64,000 nucleotides of DNA from Clostridia bacterium (lineage in GTDB: Bacteria; Bacillota; Clostridia; Christensenellales; DTU072): NCBI GenBank assembly GCA_017403145.1, contig JAFQOO010000007.1, positions 142,889-206,888 on the forward strand. The letters are read 5' to 3'. The notes beneath the pieces were generated by a model. It saw nothing but the letters and a program-made list of their open reading frames with translations, made no database searches and was not told where the DNA came from. The number at the start of each line of letters is the position of its first letter. Position 1 is the first letter of the stretch. Positions 63,001 to 64,000 of this stretch are shown in pieces. The position numbers and the translations under genes were made by a program.

Positions 63001-63607
63001 TTCCGTCGGAAGTTCTAACAAGAAGCGTGCAGTGTGCTCTACCGTCGTTACCAGCCGCGTTACCACCTGCGTGGCAGTATACCCAACAAACGTAGGTCGT
63101 AGTGTTGGTAGGGGTGGTTTTATAAGTGCCATCGAAAGTACCGTTATAGCTGCCATTGTTTGAAACGTCGCCGGTGTGTGCAGCGGTAGGCTTTGTATCT
63201 ACGCTAGCTTTTTCGGGGTCGCCTTCTTGGTGCATTTCAACGTCAAGACGCGGTGCGTGTTGAACTACACCACCTTGAATGGAACGAGAAAGAGCGGTAC
63301 CGCTGGTGATACTAACGTCAACGCTGGAGCTGTTGCTTGCAGCCCACCACTTAGCGTCCGCGGTCGTCGTAGCAACACGATAAACCGAACCGAAAGCCGA
63401 AATCGACGCGGCTTCTGCGGTGATGGAATTCATCTCGTCAAAGTCAAGCATCTTGTAGACGGGGCTATCTTCGTCTAGCTGGGTAGCCATATTGCTTACG
63501 TAGGCGTTAACCGATGTTTGGCACAAGGTAAATACCAAAGTAAGCATAAGGAAAAGCACTAGGATAACCGAGAGCTTGCTTGCATTTTTAACTATATTCT
63601 TCTTCAT
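54008..63607 (-). CDS. Giant (3199-aa) cell-surface adhesin with YDG-type and MBG (YG..P..Y)-type repeat domains, a signal peptide and a C-terminal TM anchor.
   Basis: The start at 63607 (MKKNIVKNASKLSVILVLFLMLTLVFTLCQTSVNA) has a GGAAGGTGG RBS, so the track extension to 63682 is rejected. There are dozens of modules of the type I....A.SK.YGE.DP.L.Y.....L..GD.L.G.L.R..G..VG.Y.I..G.L...NY.I....G..TI, plus KVYDG... modules. The C-terminus is NNYLLLIIIGVAALIMLGSVMVFLFRKRA. No LPXTG is present. Stop is TAG. Confidence 0.9.
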   Translation of the reverse strand: MKKNIVKNASKLSVILVLFLMLTLVFTLCQTSVNAYVSNMATQLDEDSPVYKMLDFDEMNSITAEAASISAFGSVYRVATTTADAKWWAASNSSSVDVSITSGTALSRSIQGGVVQHAPRLDVEMHQEGDPEKASVDTKPTAAHTGDVSNNGSYNGTFDGTYKTTPTNTTTYVCWVYCHAGGNAAGNDGRAHCTLLVRTSDGTAPSINPTSATSLATGDSSATEYWQTGNQVTVTDAGAGLGSISVTYYNLAGVSSTSTGLDWSAGSATSRTGSKTLTLPNEGRYVITAKDDVGNSTSKTVWYYKSVITATVNNDSAGVAYVTTSSTSSGSSKTLNNRYGSQSYYLYASANDYYYFTGWKGTGGGASGTLGVGSYVDNKWRQTKTMDKRPTANTFTWEAQFAEIAPLVLNNGTASASGTRAYTFNYDGQPIELTLAVPSGYGGKIEFSGTTLANNKYNLTTTAPTYAGKYIATVTLTYSGSVIGTAEFDVTINAINVYAKPTFPANAPNGAENSKVYDGNKLLWQVNQTDWVLGSESATNPVITADYSNNGLTFTTINIASGQDFVFNDKTVATNKKITVNATASISATIPNAASTLNADLAKSYIFQNSADEIKGTIAPKELVIASAGYGQCYDGTKAISSLNGYYINNTKITTNLKGKVYDAHDTAYFAGIIMTGYVTGDDIGFSTDKAGSNTYYKTKSNETVSGTNNVGSILQSFLGTFANIDAGEGKTVTSCDLFLSGTDYRNYYVRGIANNNNATAYVNQAIKVYQEGCAIAQKDVTIAILSHVNKVYDGNTTATVTYGWAPAEAYVDANSNGQYDNGETFTDANGNGRWDDGSSPIQTNASGIADNLYPKCTDAVATFNSASANYYNGKKAPSDGRYLKEAKYISATGVAIALGSATDPSVKPNTVLDNYHLTKTTTDDYRGAAYSDANYADGSFIAITTRLLNLTLVTDGKVFDGNNICYNNAFSWVSDEYEGDVGKIKITATVTYSTSQASIDVLTTARDISITSDDNTHKNYHLNEDSNGFLEISDANKVAIQRKDISGSVVDAIPSVYYSGSRYVPTTTITDKTLIDATDITKNVSRVLVVGVDFSYSYVGDFTNRSAGEAFVDANANGIYDEGESFVDDNGNGIYDGDNAVNEHRVVITGTGNYTGSTYTIFTIKQASVYIDGVNDINIIYGQTLSTGKYDAEDGATGDIVANTIINLEYANAETFVDANANGTYDEGEEFVDRNLNGAYDSIGEAIPVYGSWAYVTSISSNAVVPNRPYVSDSGDKTIQFTPANTWNYAIPATNVLTLTVNRRDIEITASEQKLEFGADIKFNNTSMSYSAYDSLNHTGLISGDTFGTLNCEIVNMVYALPGASLADGKTICMVGSYDITNTDANGNVTIVNDNYNITYIGAKYTISKHAITIKAVETSKIYGEEDPYIDYSISSGSNSNVTKALIEGALSRNGIGTAVGEDASSFTSNLGTIGTSVFNTTNYNISFNENYFHINRRPVEIKPVDVTNHYFGEPITISQTAFTATAISGNDKSGIALRDKDIKVSELFTLLIIRTNPGLSQELLNTDLTNAQVGSYDLYIKTGINGANKNYVMTAKRGTFTIVPRPILITPNADQGKTYDGVGIAKNDTFSYTLSLNASGLTGSALVSGYPLTGALTRQDGADVNTYQIQQGTLNNDNGANSNYAITFSPNPVYYTIKQLDVTITPYEVTISVGDPLPDNSTLRFAVSPSSAQIVGGVMIEGSPEDVGKYNIVADAQMASSANSNYKLKVNGENKFIIEELIATVTPVAGQSDTFGNLITFGINEGQTNLAFTIVNKRKGIDLSHLLTGDDAEFSGSLSIDISSVLPQNDGESNADYHERKNLYLSTHYLPAGEYDIAIGSFEAKMHNGVTNYKVELETGVFVINKKDVTVQVPSLRNDGVTNNLRKIYDGQMESGIDYYINPADLVDGFAVDAESKLARDAGISYGAYAINIGNFNKLDKTNNKNYFFTLATNPDSGDGLYYYNIEKRNIVVTPVIPEGQDKISAVYGSNADTKINYTSVYKFDENEPGLIGNDTLGGALTRAPGKDVTEEGYEILIGTLNDSGKSGYNPNYQVSLDSKGIKYYITRREVKVTANSITGRNAQVFGDEPKTLSATATQGLVSGETLKGTPVRDEGITPGNYVIRQGSVNDVENPNYHVIFTEGTYTITARPLTFQALDGQKKGYTEADPVFQYEVSGGIVSGYDIDFTLTRVKGETVGKYNFVFVLEDNNICVNNSYYTFSQFAYSAEYGKRVFVDSKHPFSINRGQAVLGFNDATYADVDGNYRLDLEYDGTEQTVDSYLVVGGDEEYVDENGNGVYDEGEVFVDINENGVHDKAVNVTYRVNGKTGRTFKNAGTYTVEITAQANDNFQGTKAVVTVTVKPRNLGTINPVDMLEASDLTKVYDDEDDSNFSFKITTAYGDEVIATMIREEGEDVGKYDLTSISIDNTNYELVFEEGTNLDVYEITARHINVVPTAKSIGYGTILSTWEETVTDDHGNPVVITYTRTDASNNNANTYDIESYVIDSTNHVVTIEDTALVGKFVITKRIATVKAIANTKTFDGTPIDLLALEYTVTGMANDEVPVGSLTIVADGELDLVNVGKYTITAVGFDNASNSNYEMTYVPATFEIKPATIIISPVAVSYEYGEEILPFDYTIQSGMVFAGYPLEGSLGEPTNKTIGEWEIPQGTLNNEEGRNRNYQIQYLSGDIRYTITKRDLKIKVSSASQVYGDKMADIEYVFIEGTSLVDGDELHGSLSATGYDVGTYGITLGELPEMNPNYNISLDSEGAIYTITPRPVTITPQAKSVAYGEAPLALTYDDDNLVNGDVLEGELGCELGTDVGTYAITQGTLYHKNYEITFVEGVVYEITAREITVTINNAESEYGEEDAELTYSITKGNLIGNDDLQVTLVRESGSEMGTYEISGSHNNTNYSVTFINGTYTIKKFKAVITVESQYISFVEDGIAREISATCSSGAEITYTIDLEEVHNFFKNAGKYVVVLSAPETENYYAPDSVTVYITINRPFIQSEANGIDIKLESADGFDPTMSVSMSRLPADFEDIQAELKSNQKIVRAFTLTATSDQSSTEVVPGKTTVTIKVPNALQEEKSVKVMVQEDGVYNLVDVDVNDGYVTIEVDSLSSFAFIAEESNNYLLLIIIGVAALIMLGSVMVFLFRKRA

Positions 63608-63717
63608 AGACGCCACCTTCCTTTTTTCTGGGGTGCTATTTTTTAGCGATTTTATTGGGAGCTTACGCACGTATACGTACAAACGCGCTCCTATGCGTGT
63701 GATATAAATATATGCAA

Positions 63718-63746
63718 ATTATATCGTGCGCTCCCACGCGCGTCAA
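63718..63746 (-). promoter_or_regulatory. Consensus-like promoter of the giant adhesin gene with a CG-rich spacer.
   Basis: The minus strand reads TTGACG, then the 17-nt spacer CGCGtgggagcgcacga, then TATAAT. Confidence 0.55.
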
Positions 63747-63772
63747 GATAATTACGCGCATATTTTACTTTA

Positions 63773-63800
63773 ATTATACTGCGCAGGCGCGCGATAACAA
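63773..63800 (-). promoter_or_regulatory. Second upstream promoter-like element with a CGCGCGC spacer.
   Basis: The minus strand reads TTGTTA, then the 16-nt spacer tCGCGCGCctgcgcag, then TATAAT. Confidence 0.4.
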
Positions 63801-63852
63801 TATTTTTTATCTTTGAGCTCGCTACGAACTTGCAAATTTTTATATTTCTCTA

Positions 63853-63881
63853 TTGACAAAACGAGTAGGGTTTTTTACAAT
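63853..63881 (+). promoter_or_regulatory. Promoter of folD.
   Basis: TTGACA, 17 nt, TACAAT. AAGGAG is at 63898-63903. Confidence 0.6.
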
Positions 63882-63910
63882 GGATTTAGTTAAATTCAAG
63901 GAGAACCGAT

Positions 63911-64000
63911 ATGTCTCAACCATTAGTTTTAGACGGAAGAATAGTAGCCAAGGCTGTCGAAAGCGATTTGCAACAAAGAGTTAAAGTGCTAGTAGAAAAA
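63911..64000 (+). CDS. folD: Bifunctional methylenetetrahydrofolate dehydrogenase/cyclohydrolase; N-terminal 30 codons only, 3'-truncated by the window edge.
   Basis: MSQPLVLDGRIVAKAVESDLQQRVKVLVEK has the typical FolD N-terminus pattern (..(I/L)DG...A......L...V..L). An AAGGAG RBS lies 7 nt upstream. Confidence 0.65.
   Translation, partial: MSQPLVLDGRIVAKAVESDLQQRVKVLVEK

Noticed and set aside
1-64000. TGA reassigned to an amino acid (code 4 or code 25).
   Set aside because: No gene needs read-through of TGA to reach full length. Trp is encoded by TGG. Only the absence of TGA stops is observed, so I report avoidance rather than reassignment.

Overview
This is a 64-kb chromosomal segment that looks like a low-GC Bacillota (Clostridia-like, probably host-associated anaerobe) genome. 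The lineage call is an inference from gene content: a Spo0A-type DNA-binding domain, an ECF S-component, Listeria-Bacteroides repeat surface proteins and GH2/GH35 glycosidases. I call 43 protein genes. I saw no rRNA, tRNA, CRISPR array, transposase or integrase.

Layout:
- 1-10.6 kb: three tandem paralogous surface proteins that share a near-identical 3' anchor cassette.
- 10.6-17.2 kb (minus strand): a tightly coupled five-gene operon. It encodes a decoding-deficient RF1 paralog (GGQ kept, PxT loop deleted), an SF1 UvrD-like helicase with a helical-repeat tail, a coiled-coil protein, a membrane-anchored GLUG beta-helix protein and a 2-TM peptide. This is my best candidate for an undescribed system.
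- 17.3-22.4 kb: aroC, an SDR, an LMW-PTP, a GPH transporter and an LRR lipoprotein.
- 22.4-23.8 kb and 36.0-38.7 kb: two visibly AT-rich islets. Each has a small XRE repressor facing a consensus promoter with a palindromic operator, and each sits next to a hairpin-bearing repeat family.
- In between: glycosidases (GH35, GH2), TetR plus MMPL, and a Na/Pi transporter.
- 40.3-45.4 kb: metF, a separate MetH activation domain and metH, followed by a cobalamin-riboswitch-controlled DUF4430 plus ECF-S pair.
- 45.4-46.1 kb: a Spo0A-like protein with an apparently non-phosphorylatable receiver domain.
- 46.5-50.3 kb: the pdp-deoC-deoD-deoB operon.
- 54.0-63.6 kb: a 3199-aa YDG/MBG-repeat adhesin.
- Window end: the start of folD.

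Global oddity: 0 of 42 complete genes end in TGA (26 TAA, 16 TAG), and no in-frame TGA occurs. All homology calls come from motif recognition by eye. No database search was run.
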